Shown piece by piece: positions 54,601 to 64,000 of a stretch of DNA of 64,000 nt. A program made the translations under genes and the position numbers. Position 1 is the first letter of the stretch, and every line of letters begins with the position of its first letter. The DNA comes from Diadema antillarum (Eukaryota): the NCBI RefSeq assembly GCF_040938485.1, contig NW_027271384.1, positions 3,658,001-3,722,000 on the forward strand, written 5' to 3'. Under the pieces are notes generated by a model. That model was given only the letters and a program-made list of their open reading frames with translations. It was not told where the DNA came from and did no database searches.

Positions 54601-57600
54601 AATCAAATACCCTGATAGACAGGGTATTGAGAAAGAAGGTAATAAGAGAGCAGAGTTCTACTTACGACACTTCCATCCTGGAGGCGGAAATCGTTGGATC
54701 TGTCGTCATCGAAGGTTCCGCACAGACCACAAGTAGCATTCCAGTACTGGTATGGCACCTCTATGGTTGCAGTGTTGGCTCCGTCGAAACGTACAGATAG
54801 ACCAAAGGATGTTTGGATAGTCTGTAATAACGATCAGATATCAGGTCCTGTTTACCCTTCCCCTCATATCGTGCCTTTATACTCAATTCTAAAACAATTA
54901 CGTGTCAAACAAAAATCTTACATCTTGGCATCACGGCTGCAACAAATTTCACTGATATTTCATTTTTGTGTCTCCTTCAAATAATTGACAATGAAATTGC
55001 TTTGACACTAACATAGATGTTAATGCTAGTTTCTCTTTCATTTAATTGTATAAATACTAGTGTGCACCTAATCGATCCATCCTTGTAACAAGACACACTT
55101 TGGACATTTTAAATGCCCCTACATCAAAATCAATATCAATTGATGTGCTGACCCACAATTGAGTAAACCAGCCATCATTCCCTTACCGCGTAAGACCGGT
55201 CCGAGCGAATAGTGATGCCGTTGATGAAGCTCAAGGGTGTCGTCCGCCTTGCACCGTTGACTAGAACCACTCTATTCCGCTCGATCGAATAGCTAGTGCC
55301 ATTCACCTCTAGTACCACCTTGCGCAGGTACGACACTCGGTCCGATGGGTTGTTCTTGACGTTGTCTCCCCACAAGTGGAAATCCACAAGGTCCGTGCGG
55401 TCGCTGCACGGCCTCACCAGCGTGTACTCACAGTCGCCCTGGAAGTCATGACGACCACCGTCGAACATAGTGTAGTGCGGATCTCCCCACACGGTGCAGA
55501 TTCCAGGCGCTGTTCAGAGAAGCAGTCGGAAGGTAATTAAAGCACTCTGAATAGTGGCAGCCAGAAGCCCTCACTTCTTCTCCCAACAAAATATACAATT
55601 GGCCGCCTACACTACAGATGTCTGCCATCTGCCACAAGTAAGCTTAACGGTTTTTTTCACCTCTCGCATTTCTTGCAGACTTCCTTCTATTTTAATTGGT
55701 TTCCTCTTTCAAAACAGTACGGTGTTCATCACATACAAAAGTACATGCTCTTTTACCATGCATGACCTGACTGGATCTTGTACTCTAACAGCATAAAAAG
55801 AGAACACATGCAAGTACATTTCCACAAAAGAGAGATCACTGGCACTCACAAATGGAGTCCATACACACCTACCAAACACTATCAAAATCTCTTGCAATAT
55901 TGTGCTTCTTCAAAATATGAGGTTTCCCGTCTACCTTCAGTTTTTCTTCTCAGACAAGATGAGCAGTCGACCAAAGGCTTGAAATACACAGCTCAGTAAG
56001 GCTCATCGCCGCCCCGCGTTCTCTACAGTGTATCTATTACTCAAATGACTTACCTCTGGTGCATTCTCCATTGCTGTAGGTGAAGCCGTCCCGACAGTAG
56101 CAGTCTCTCACACCACCCTTGATCCTACACTCCTGGTTCTCCACGCACGCGTATGCCACACATTCCGAAGTGCCTCCAGAACAGCTGCACATCTCGGAGC
56201 AGTCATCGTTCACGTACACATCCCCTGCCTGTTTGTGCCAATACCAATCATTTAGATTTGCTTTAGACCATGGTCTTCTTTTCAAGCCATTTGCATCTCC
56301 ATTTGCTTTCAATCCACACGACAATAATCACAGTGTTCAACGATTTATTAAACTTAAGCTCAAATATTACCATCAAAGGAGGAAAGCCACACTCACCGAG
56401 ATGTAGCTTCCGTCTGGAAGAGTGCAACCACAATCCTCTGGCTGCACGCATGTTCCGCCGTCGTCCAGCAGTCCTTCGGGGCAGCTGCAGATTTCACGGC
56501 AGGGAAGTCCGCAGTTCAGGTCGGCATCTGGATCGGCACAGCTGGGCTGGCAGGCGCTACCGCAAGATTCGTACACTGTTCCACTCGGACACTCAAACCC
56601 TGAATAAAGACAGTTTTTAGGCAAGGATATACCTTGAACGTCATTTACAACGTACAAGAACATACAACAAGTGAAATACCCATTCATCACCACGAAAGCT
56701 GTACATTACTTACACCGGATACGATCGGCATCACCAAAAACACAAAGTGCTCACACAAGTCATATAAAGTCAGTACTGTCGGGGACATTCACAACTGTAC
56801 AGATTTACAGTTTTCACGCAAAATGCACTACCGTCATTCAGCATCTGCACTCTTCTTTCATGACTCCACAATATTTCACTTATTTCTTCCAAACCCACCG
56901 AAAGACTTTCGACGTCTTTCAAAAGCTGCATCTCATCCTCACGGCACAGAGGGTCATGTCAGAGACTCTTGACACGCACTTCATGATATCTGATCACATG
57001 GCTTTATTTTTTGCACCTCTAGATTCTGATGATCAGCCAAAACAGCTTTCCACTATACAACATAAGTGTCATGACACAAAAATACTTACCGCACTGGATT
57101 ACAGACGCCCTCCAGTCCCCAGCCAAGATGCCATTTGTTTCTCCTCGACACTTCTGAACGTATTCCTGCAGGGCTCCGCATATGATGTCGTTGTCAGGGT
57201 CAGTGAAACACAGGTCGAAGACGCAGGCATCATAGTAATCACTCACGTCCACAAAGTCGGAGCAGCCTCCCAGGGGACCTGAAAGCAAGAAACAGCTGCA
57301 AATATAAGCTCTTGGATACTACACAAACAACAAACAAAAATACACACACAGAAAAAAGAAAAGAGACTGAGAAATTCCACTGCACTTTTCTATTCGAGGT
57401 GATTAGAAATCATCAGACAAATAGTCAGATAGGATGTACCATACTCTAGCTGCTTACCACGCTCATTTTCTAATTTGCCCTCTTTTAATGCTTCAATAGA
57501 TTGCTTTAACTTTTTGCATATCATATCGACTCATCTACTCATAGAATACACGAGTACTGTAGTGTGCCTCAGTGAAATTCAATCATCTCCATCTTCTCAC

Positions 57601-60600
57601 CGTCAGGATTGATGAAGATGTAGCAGATGTCCTCCACACGTTGCTGCACGTCGGGGTCATCACAGCCATCAGGGGGCGGGAGAATTGTGGTATCGCACTC
57701 CTCTTCATTCAGAACCCAGTCATTACCAAAGACATTCTGGTACGGTGTCTGCAAACAGGACCACATTCGTCAACACAATTATTGGTACTTTTGGGTACAG
57801 CTGCACGATCAGGTCACTGTTACATCCACAACACTGATTACATCAAAGTCCAGTCACATGCGGAACATGTCTCTTTCCTACAATCAAATACCCTGATAGA
57901 CAGGGTATTGAGAAAGAAGGTAATAAGAGAGCAGAGTTCTACTTACGACACTTCCATCCTGGAGGCGGAAATCGTTGGATCTGTCGTCATCGAAGGTTCC
58001 GCACAGACCACAAGTAGCATTCCAGTACTGGTATGGCACCTCTATGGTTGCAGTGTTGGCTCCGTCGAAACGTACAGATAGACCAAAGGATGTTTGGATA
58101 GTCTGTAATAACGATCAGATATCAGGTCCTGTTTACCCTTCCCTTCATATCGTGCCTTTATGCTCAATTCTAAAACAATTACGTGTCAAACAAAAATCTT
58201 ACATCTTGGCATCACGGCTGCAACAAATTTCACTGATATTTCATTTTCGTGTCTCCTTCAAATATCTGACAATGAAATTGCTTTGACACTAACATAGATG
58301 TTAATACTAGTTTCTCTTTCATTTAATTGTATAAATACTAGTGTGCACCACATCCTTGTAACAAGACACACTTTGGACATTTTAAATGCCCCTACATCAA
58401 AATCAATATCAATTGATGTGCTGACCCACAATTGAGTAAACCAGCCATCATTCCCTTACCGCGTAAAACCGGTCCGAGCGAATAGTGATGCCGTTGATGA
58501 AGCTCAAGGGTGTCGTCCGCCTTGCACCGTTGACTAGAACCACTCTATTCCGCTCGATCGAATAGCTAGTGCCATTCACCTCTAGTACCACCTTGCGCAG
58601 GTACGACACTCGGTCCGATGGGTTGTTCTTGACGTTGTCTCCCCACAAGTGGAAATCCACAAGGTCCGTGCGATCGCTGCACGGCCTCACCAGCGTGTAC
58701 TCACAGTCGCCCTGGAAGTCATGACGACCACCGTCGAACATAGTGTAGTGCGGATCTCCCCACACGGTGCAGATTCCAGGCGCTGTTCAGAGAAGCAGTC
58801 GGAAGGTAATTAAAGCACTCTGAATAGTGGCAGCCAGAAGCCCTCACTTCTTCTCCCAACAAAATATACAATTGGCCGCCTACACTACAGATGTCTGCCA
58901 TCTGCCACAAGTAAGCTTAACGTTTCTTTTCACCTCTCGCATTTCTTGCAGACTTCCTTCTATTTTAATTGGTTTCCTCTTTCAAAACAGTACGGTGTTC
59001 ATCACATACAAAACTACATGCTCTTTTACCATGCATGACCTGACTGGATCTTGTACTCTAACAGCATAAAAAGAGAACACATGCAAGTACATTTCCACAA
59101 AAGAGAGATCACTGGCACTCACAAATGGAGTCCATACACACCTACCAAACACTATCAAAATCTCTTGCAATATTGTGCTTCTTCAAAATATGAGGTTTCC
59201 CGTCTACCTTCAGTTTTTCTTCTCAGACAAGATGAGCAGTCGACCAAAGGCTTGAAATACACAGCTCAGTAAGGCTCATCGCCGCCCCGCGTTCTCTATC
59301 TATTACTCAAATGACTTACCTCTGGTGCATTCTCCATTGCTGTAGGTGAAGCCGTCCCGACAGTAGCAGTCTCTCACACCACCCTTGATCCTACACTCCT
59401 GGTTCTCCACGCACGCGTATGCCACACATTCCAAAGTGCCTCCAGAACAGCTGCACATCTCGGAGCAGTCATCGTTCACGTACACATCCCCTGCCTGTTT
59501 GTGCCAATACCAATCATTTAGATTTGCTTTAGACCATGGTCTTCTTTTCAAGCCATTTGCATCTCCATTTGCTTTCAATCCACACGACAATAATCACAGT
59601 GTTCAACGATTTATTAAACTTAAGCTCAAATATTACCATCAAAGGAGGAAAGCCACACTCACCGAGATGTAGCTTCCGTCTGGAAGAGTGCAACCACAAT
59701 CCTCTGGCTGCACGCATGTTCCGCCGTCGTCCAGCAGTCCTTCGGGGCAGCTGCAGATTTCACGGCAGGGAAGTCCGCAGTTCAGGTCGGCATCTGGATC
59801 GGCACAGCTGGGCTGGCAGGCGCTACCGCAAGATTCGTACACTGTTCCACTCGGACACTCAAACCCTGAATAAAGACAATTTTTAGGCAAGGATATACCT
59901 TGAACGTCATTTACAACGTACAAGAACATACAACAAGTGAAATACCCATTCATCACCACGAAAGCTGTACATTACTTACACCGGATACGATCGGCATCAC
60001 CAAAAACACAAAGTGCTCACACAAGTCATATAAAGTCAGTACCGTCGGGGACATTCACAACTGTACAGATTTACAGTTTTCACGCAAAATGCACTACCGT
60101 CATTCAGCATCTGCACTCTTCTTTCATGACTCCACAATATTTCACTTATTTCTTCCAAACCCACCGAAAGACTTTCGACGTCTTTCAAAAGCTGCATCTC
60201 ATCCTCACGGCACAGAGGGTCATGTCAGAGACTCTTGACACGCACTTCATGATATCTGATCACATGGCTTTATTTTTTGCACCTCTAGATTCTGATGATC
60301 AGCCAAAACAGCTTTCCACTATACAACATAAGTGTCATGACACAAAAATACTTACCGCACTGGATTACAGACGCCCTCCAGTCCCCAGCCAAGATGCCAT
60401 TTGTTTCTCCTCGACACTTCTGAACGTATTCCTGCAGGGCTCCGCATATGATGTCGTTGTCAGGGTCAGTGAAACACAGGTCGAAGACGCAGGCATCATA
60501 GTAATCACTCACGTCCACAAAGTCGGAGCAGCCTCCCAGGGGACCTGAAAGCAAGAAACAGCTGCAAATATAAGCTCTTGGATACTACACAAACAACAAA

Positions 60601-63600
60601 CAAAAATACACACACAGAAAAAAGAAAAGAGACTGAGAAATTCCACTGCACTTTTCTATTCGAGGTGATTAGAAATCATCAGACAAATAGTCAGATAGGA
60701 TGTACCATACTCTAGCTGCTTACCACGCTCATTTTCTAATTTGCCCTCTTTTAATGCTTCAATAGATTGCTTTAACTTTTTGCATATCATATCGACTCAT
60801 CTACTCATAGAATACACGAGTACTGTAGTGTGCCTCAGTGAAATTCAATCATCTCCATCTTCTCACCGTCAGGATTGATGAAGATGTAGCAGATGTCCTC
60901 CACACGTTGCTGCACGTCGGGGTCATCACAGCCATCAGGGGGCGGGAGAATTGTGGTATCGCACTCCTCTTCATTCAGAACCCAGTCATTACCAAAGACA
61001 TTCTGGTACGGTGTCTGCAAACAGGACCACATTCGTCAACACAATAATTGGTACTTTTGGGTACAGCTGCACGATCAGGTCACTGTTACATCCACAACAC
61101 TGATTACATCAAAGTCCAGTCACATGCGGAACATGTCTCTTTCCTACAATCAAATACCCTGATAGACAGGGTATTGAGAAAGAAGGTAATAAGAGAGCAG
61201 AGTTCTACTTACGACACTTCCATCCTGGAGGCGGAAATCGTTGGATCTGTCGTCATCGAAGGTTCCGCACAGACCACAAGTAGCATTCCAGTACTGGTAT
61301 GGCACCTCTATGGTTGCAGTGTTGGCTCCGTCGAAACGTACAGATAGACCAAAGGATGTTTGGATAGTCTGTAATAACGATCAGATATCAGGTCCTGTTT
61401 ACCCTTCCCTTCATATCGTGCCTTTATGCTCAATTCTAAAACAATTACGTGTCAAACAAAAATCTTACATCTTGGCATCACGGCTGCAACAAATTTCACT
61501 GATATTTCATTTTCGTGTCTCCTTCAAATATCTGACAATGAAATTGCTTTGACACTAACATAGATGTTAATACTAGTTTCTCTTTCATTTAATTGTATAA
61601 ATACTAGTGTGCACCTAATCGATCCATCCTTGTAACAAGACACACTTTGGACATTTTAAATGCCCCTACATCAAAATCAATATCAATTGATGTGCTGACC
61701 CACAATTGAGTAAACCAGCCATCATTCCCTTACCGCGTAAGACCGGTCCGAGCGAATAGTGATGCCGTTGATGAAGCTCAAGGGTGTCGTCCGCCTTGCA
61801 CCGTTGACTAGAACCACTCTATTCCGCTCGATCGAATAGCTAGTGCCATTCACCTCCAGTACCACCTTGCGCAGGTACGACACTCGGTCCGATGGGTTGT
61901 TCTTGACGTTGTCTCCCCACAAGTGGAAATCCACAAGGTCCATGCGGTCGCTGCACGGCCTCACCAGCGTGTACTCACAGTCGCCCTGGAAGTCATGACG
62001 ACCACCGTCGAACATAGTGTAGTGCGGATCTCCCCACACGGTGCAGATTCCAGGCGCTGTTCAGAGAAGCAGTCGGAAGGTAATTAAAGCACTCTGAATA
62101 GTGGCAGCCAGAAGCCCTCACTTCTTCTCCCAACAAAATATACAATTGGCCGCCTACACTACAGATGTCTGCCATCTGCCACAAGTAAGCTTAACGTTTC
62201 TTTTCACCTCTCGCATTTCTTGCAGACTTCCTTCTATTTTAATTGGTTTCCTCTTTCAAAACAGTACGGTGTTCATCACATACAAAAGTACATGCTCTTT
62301 TACCATGCATGACCTGACTGGATCTTGTACTCTAACAGCATAAAAAGAGAACACATGCAAGTACATTTCCACAAAAGAGAGATCACTGGCACTCACAAAT
62401 GGAGTCCATACACACCTACCAAACACTATCAAAATCTCTTGCAATATTGTGCTTCTTCAAAATATGAGGTTTCCCGTCTACCTTCAGTTTTTCTTCTCAG
62501 ACAAGATGAGCAGTCGACCAAAGGCTTGAAATACACAGCTCAGTAAGGCTCATCGCCGCCCCGCGTTCTCTATCTATTACTCAAATGACTTACCTCTGGT
62601 GCATTCTCCATTGCTGTAGGTGAAGCCGTCCCGACAGTAGCAGTCTCTCACACCACCCTTGATCCTACACTCCTGGTTCTCCACGCACGCGTATGCCACA
62701 CATTCCAAAGTGCCTCCAGAACAGCTGCACATCTCGGAGCAGTCATCGTTCACGTACACATCCCCTGCCTGTTTGTGCCAATACCAATCATTTAGATTTG
62801 CTTTAGACCATGGTCTTCTTTTCAAGCCATTTGCATCTCCATTTGCTTTCAATCCACACGACAATAATCACAGTGTTCAACGATTTATTAAACTTAAGCT
62901 CAAATATTACCATCAAAGGAGGAAAGCCACACTCACCGAGATGTAGCTTCCGTCTGGAAGAGTGCAACCACAATCCTCTGGCTGCATGCATGTTCCGCCG
63001 TCGTCCAGCAGTCCTTCGGGGCAGCTGCAGATTTCACGGCAGGGAAGTCCGCAGTTCAGGTCGGCATCTGGATCGGCACAGCTGGGCTGGCAGGCGCTAC
63101 CGCAAGATTCGTACACTGTTCCACTCGGACACTCAAACCCTGAATAAAGACATTTTTTAGGCAAGGATATACCTTGAACGTCATTTACAACGTACAAGAA
63201 CATACAACAAGTGAAATACCCATTCATCACCACGAAAGCTGTACATTACTTACACCGGATACGATCGGCATCACCAAAAACACAAAGTGCTCACACAAGT
63301 CATATAAAGTCAGTACTGTCGTGGACATTCACAACTGTACAGATTTACAGTTTTCACGCAAAATGCACTACCGTCATTCAGCATCTGCACTCTTCTTTCA
63401 TGACTCCACAATATTTCACTTATTTCTTCCAAACCCACCGAAAGACTTTCGACGTCTTTCAAAAGCTGCATCTCATCCTCACGGCACAGAGGGTCATGTC
63501 AGAGACTCTTGACACGCACTTCATGATATCTGATCACATGGCTTTATTTTTTGCACCTCTAGATTCTGATGATCAGCCAAAACAGCTTTCCACTATACAA

Positions 63601-63818
63601 CATAAGTGTCATGACACAAAAATACTTACCGCACTGGATTACAGACGCCCTCCAGTCCCCAGCCAAGATGCCATTTGTTTCTCCTCGACACTTCTGAACG
63701 TATTCCTGCAGGGCTCCGCATATGATGTCGTTGTCAGGGTCAGTGAAACACAGGTCGAAGACGCAGGCATCATAGTAATCACTCACGTCCACAAAGTCGG
63801 AGCAGCCTCCCAGGGGAC
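298..63818 (-). CDS. Interior of a giant multi-exon VWD-C8-TIL-TILa/EGF repeat protein gene (FCGBP/zonadhesin/tectorin-like); partial at both ends
   Basis: 100 exons with canonical GT-AG ends splice in frame throughout (boundary phases 1-0-0-1-1-0-1). The module reads [18 protein letters not shown]...SYA|TIQTSFG...[16 protein letters not shown]...|[11 protein letters not shown]...|PLGGC...C8...|FECPTG...TIL...|AGDVY...ECTR. About 19,990 coding nt; no Met start or stop in the window. Confidence 0.93.
1153..3930 (-). CDS. Complete 398-aa module (L type)
   Basis: Exons A 3608-3930, B 3066-3221, D 2692-2839, E 2181-2369, F 1497-1699, G 1153-1327. Introns 386, 226, 322, 481, 169 and 532 nt; exons plus introns sum to 3310. 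Confidence 0.92.
4463..7240 (-). CDS. Complete 398-aa module (L type)
   Basis: A 6918-7240, B 6376-6531, D 6002-6149, E 5491-5679, F 4807-5009, G 4463-4637. Confidence 0.92.
7773..10550 (-). CDS. Complete 398-aa module (L type)
   Basis: A 10228-10550, B 9686-9841, D 9312-9459, E 8801-8989, F 8117-8319, G 7773-7947. Confidence 0.92.
11083..13860 (-). CDS. Complete 398-aa module (L type)
   Basis: A 13538-13860, B 12996-13151, D 12622-12769, E 12111-12299, F 11427-11629, G 11083-11257. Confidence 0.92.
14393..17170 (-). CDS. Complete 398-aa module (L type)
   Basis: A 16848-17170, B 16306-16461, D 15932-16079, E 15421-15609, F 14737-14939, G 14393-14567. Confidence 0.92.
17703..20480 (-). CDS. 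Complete 398-aa module (L type)
   Basis: A 20158-20480, B 19616-19771, D 19242-19389, E 18731-18919, F 18047-18249, G 17703-17877. Confidence 0.92.
21013..23790 (-). CDS. Complete 398-aa module (L type)
   Basis: A 23468-23790, B 22926-23081, D 22552-22699, E 22041-22229, F 21357-21559, G 21013-21187. Confidence 0.92.
24323..27100 (-). CDS. Complete 398-aa module (L type, GCSDF variant)
   Basis: A 26778-27100, B 26236-26391, D 25862-26009, E 25351-25539, F 24667-24869, G 24323-24497. Confidence 0.92.
27633..30410 (-). CDS. Complete 398-aa module (L type, GCSDF variant)
   Basis: A 30088-30410, B 29546-29701, D 29172-29319, E 28661-28849, F 27977-28179, G 27633-27807. Confidence 0.92.
30943..33720 (-). 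CDS. Complete 398-aa module (L type, GCSDF variant and private V>A in exon D)
   Basis: A 33398-33720, B 32856-33011, D 32482-32629 (TTALPP, a>g at 32565), E 31971-32159, F 31287-31489, G 30943-31117. Confidence 0.92.
34253..37030 (-). CDS. Complete 398-aa module (L type)
   Basis: A 36708-37030, B 36166-36321, D 35792-35939, E 35281-35469, F 34597-34799, G 34253-34427. Confidence 0.92.
37563..40340 (-). CDS. Complete 398-aa module (L type)
   Basis: A 40018-40340, B 39476-39631, D 39102-39249, E 38591-38779, F 37907-38109, G 37563-37737. Confidence 0.92.
40873..52235 (-). CDS. Complete 398-aa module whose D-E intron carries the 8.6-kb insertion
   Basis: A 51913-52235 (R type), B 51371-51526, D 50997-51144, E 41901-42089, F 41217-41419, G 40873-41047. 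The D-E intron (42090-50996) is 8907 nt instead of 322; both splice sites are intact. Confidence 0.88.
42387..42424 (+). repeat. Left terminal inverted repeat
   Basis: GGCGTGACAGATTTAATATAGCGAGCGTTCGGCCGCGT. Confidence 0.92.
43055..43710. repeat. 71-bp degenerate minisatellite, ~9 copies
   Basis: Anchor (aat)GTCrGAT at 43061, 43132, 43203, 43274, 43345, 43416, 43487, 43558, 43628, 43699. Confidence 0.9.
44740..44920. repeat. Simple repeats: (AAAAC)n and (TG)n
   Basis: aaataaaacaaaacaaaacaaaac at ~44747-44770; tgtgtgtgtgtatgtgtgtg at ~44898-44918. Confidence 0.8.
45038..45564. mobile_element. Possible nested ~527-bp Harbinger-like MITE
   Basis: Ends AGCTACGTTTACACCATGTTCCCGGC and GCCGTGAACATGTGTAAACGCGGCT form an imperfect inverted repeat. 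Left flank is TAA but right flank is TTT, so the TSD is not clean. Confidence 0.5.
46481..46670. mobile_element. ~190-bp foldback/MITE with ~55-bp inverted arms bounded by G16 and C15 runs
   Basis: Left arm gcgtttaataaatctgtttgtacagttacgaacaacttacgagcgactggtga pairs with right arm tcatcagtcactcgtaagtcgttcgtatctttacgaacagctttatgac. Confidence 0.78.
48477..49445. repeat. ~320-335-bp degenerate tandem repeat, 3 copies
   Basis: Anchor CAAGTCTTTTCAACAATAAC-like at 48477, 48796, 49130; internal sub-repeat GCGTTGC..GTGATTTGATGGACTTGCATTTGA twice per copy. Confidence 0.85.
49850..50033. mobile_element. Right-end remnant of a Tc1/pogo-like TIR element
   Basis: Ends ...GTCGACTTAAGCAATGTCGAGGTTTACTG|TA (reverse complement TA|CAGTAAACCTCGAC), with GTCGACT(T/A)A repeated 4 times subterminally; no matching left end found. 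Confidence 0.45.
50931..50968 (-). repeat. Right terminal inverted repeat
   Basis: Reverse complement GGCGTGACAGATTTTATCTCACGAGCGTTCGCCCGCGT; 5 mismatches to the left TIR. Confidence 0.92.
50972..51790. repeat. L-type continuation of the interrupted unit (exons D and B plus introns)
   Basis: Resumes exactly at taa|aattcaatcatctcc and matches the L consensus (offset 48305) up to ~51790. Confidence 0.93.
52773..55509 (-). CDS. Complete 398-aa module (R type)
   Basis: A 55187-55509, B 54666-54821, D 54320-54467, E 53809-53997, F 53116-53318, G 52773-52947. Confidence 0.92.
56054..58782 (-). CDS. Complete 398-aa module (R type)
   Basis: A 58460-58782, B 57947-58102, D 57601-57748, E 57090-57278, F 56397-56599, G 56054-56228. 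Confidence 0.92.
59320..62056 (-). CDS. Complete 398-aa module (R type)
   Basis: A 61734-62056, B 61213-61368, D 60867-61014, E 60356-60544, F 59663-59865, G 59320-59494. Confidence 0.92.
62594..63818 (-). CDS. Partial module (exons E, F, G; R type) at the window edge
   Basis: E 63630-63818, F 62937-63139, G 62594-62768. Confidence 0.9.
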
Positions 63819-64000
63819 CTGAAAGCAAGAAACAGCTGCAAATATAAGCTCTTGGATACTACACAAACAACAAACAAAAATACACACACAGAAAAAAGAA
63901 AAGAGACTGAGAAATTCCACTGCACTTTTCTATTCGAGGTGATTAGAAATCATCAGACAAATAGTCAGATAGGATGTACCATACTCCAGCTGCTTACCAC

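Larger units (their letters stand above)
51791..64000. repeat. R tandem array: ~3.7 copies of a ~3274-bp diverged unit
   Basis: Exon A period 3274/3273/3274; exon F/G period 3281/3266/3274. Diagnostic SNPs and intron indels relative to L. Confidence 0.96.

Noticed and set aside
298-63818. Assigning the symbol FCGBP, ZAN or TECTA
   Set aside because: The domain architecture is similar, but orthology cannot be established from repeat modules without the termini or a phylogeny.

Overview
Eukaryotic (animal) genomic DNA from the interior of one very large minus-strand multi-exon gene; neither the start nor the stop codon is in the window. The gene is a tandem array of ~3.3-kb units. Each unit has six GT-AG exons (323+156+148+189+203+175 = 1194 nt = 398 aa) encoding a VWD(GDPH)-C8-TIL-TILa/EGF-like module, i.e. 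an FCGBP/zonadhesin/tectorin/mucin-type extracellular Cys-rich protein. The window holds 16 complete modules plus two partial ones (~6,660 aa, no stop or frameshift seen). There are two homogenised sub-arrays: a left (L) array of exactly 3310-bp, >99% identical units (1-42386, plus an L-type tail at 50972-~51790) and a right (R) array of ~3266-3281-bp units (~51790-64000) that differs from L by ~12 aa per module and by intron-only indels. One intron is interrupted by an 8582-bp insertion (42387-50968) with 38-bp imperfect TIRs and a TAA target-site duplication (PIF/Harbinger-like, no transposase ORF). The insertion contains a 71-bp minisatellite, a ~325-bp tandem repeat and nested MITE-like pieces. 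Unit labels: U0 = 1-3310 and Uk = U0 + 3310k. Exon labels in transcript order: A (VWD N-part), B (VWD C-part), D (linker/C8 start), E (C8), F (TIL), G (TILa/EGF-like). All alignments were done by eye; no database searches were run.
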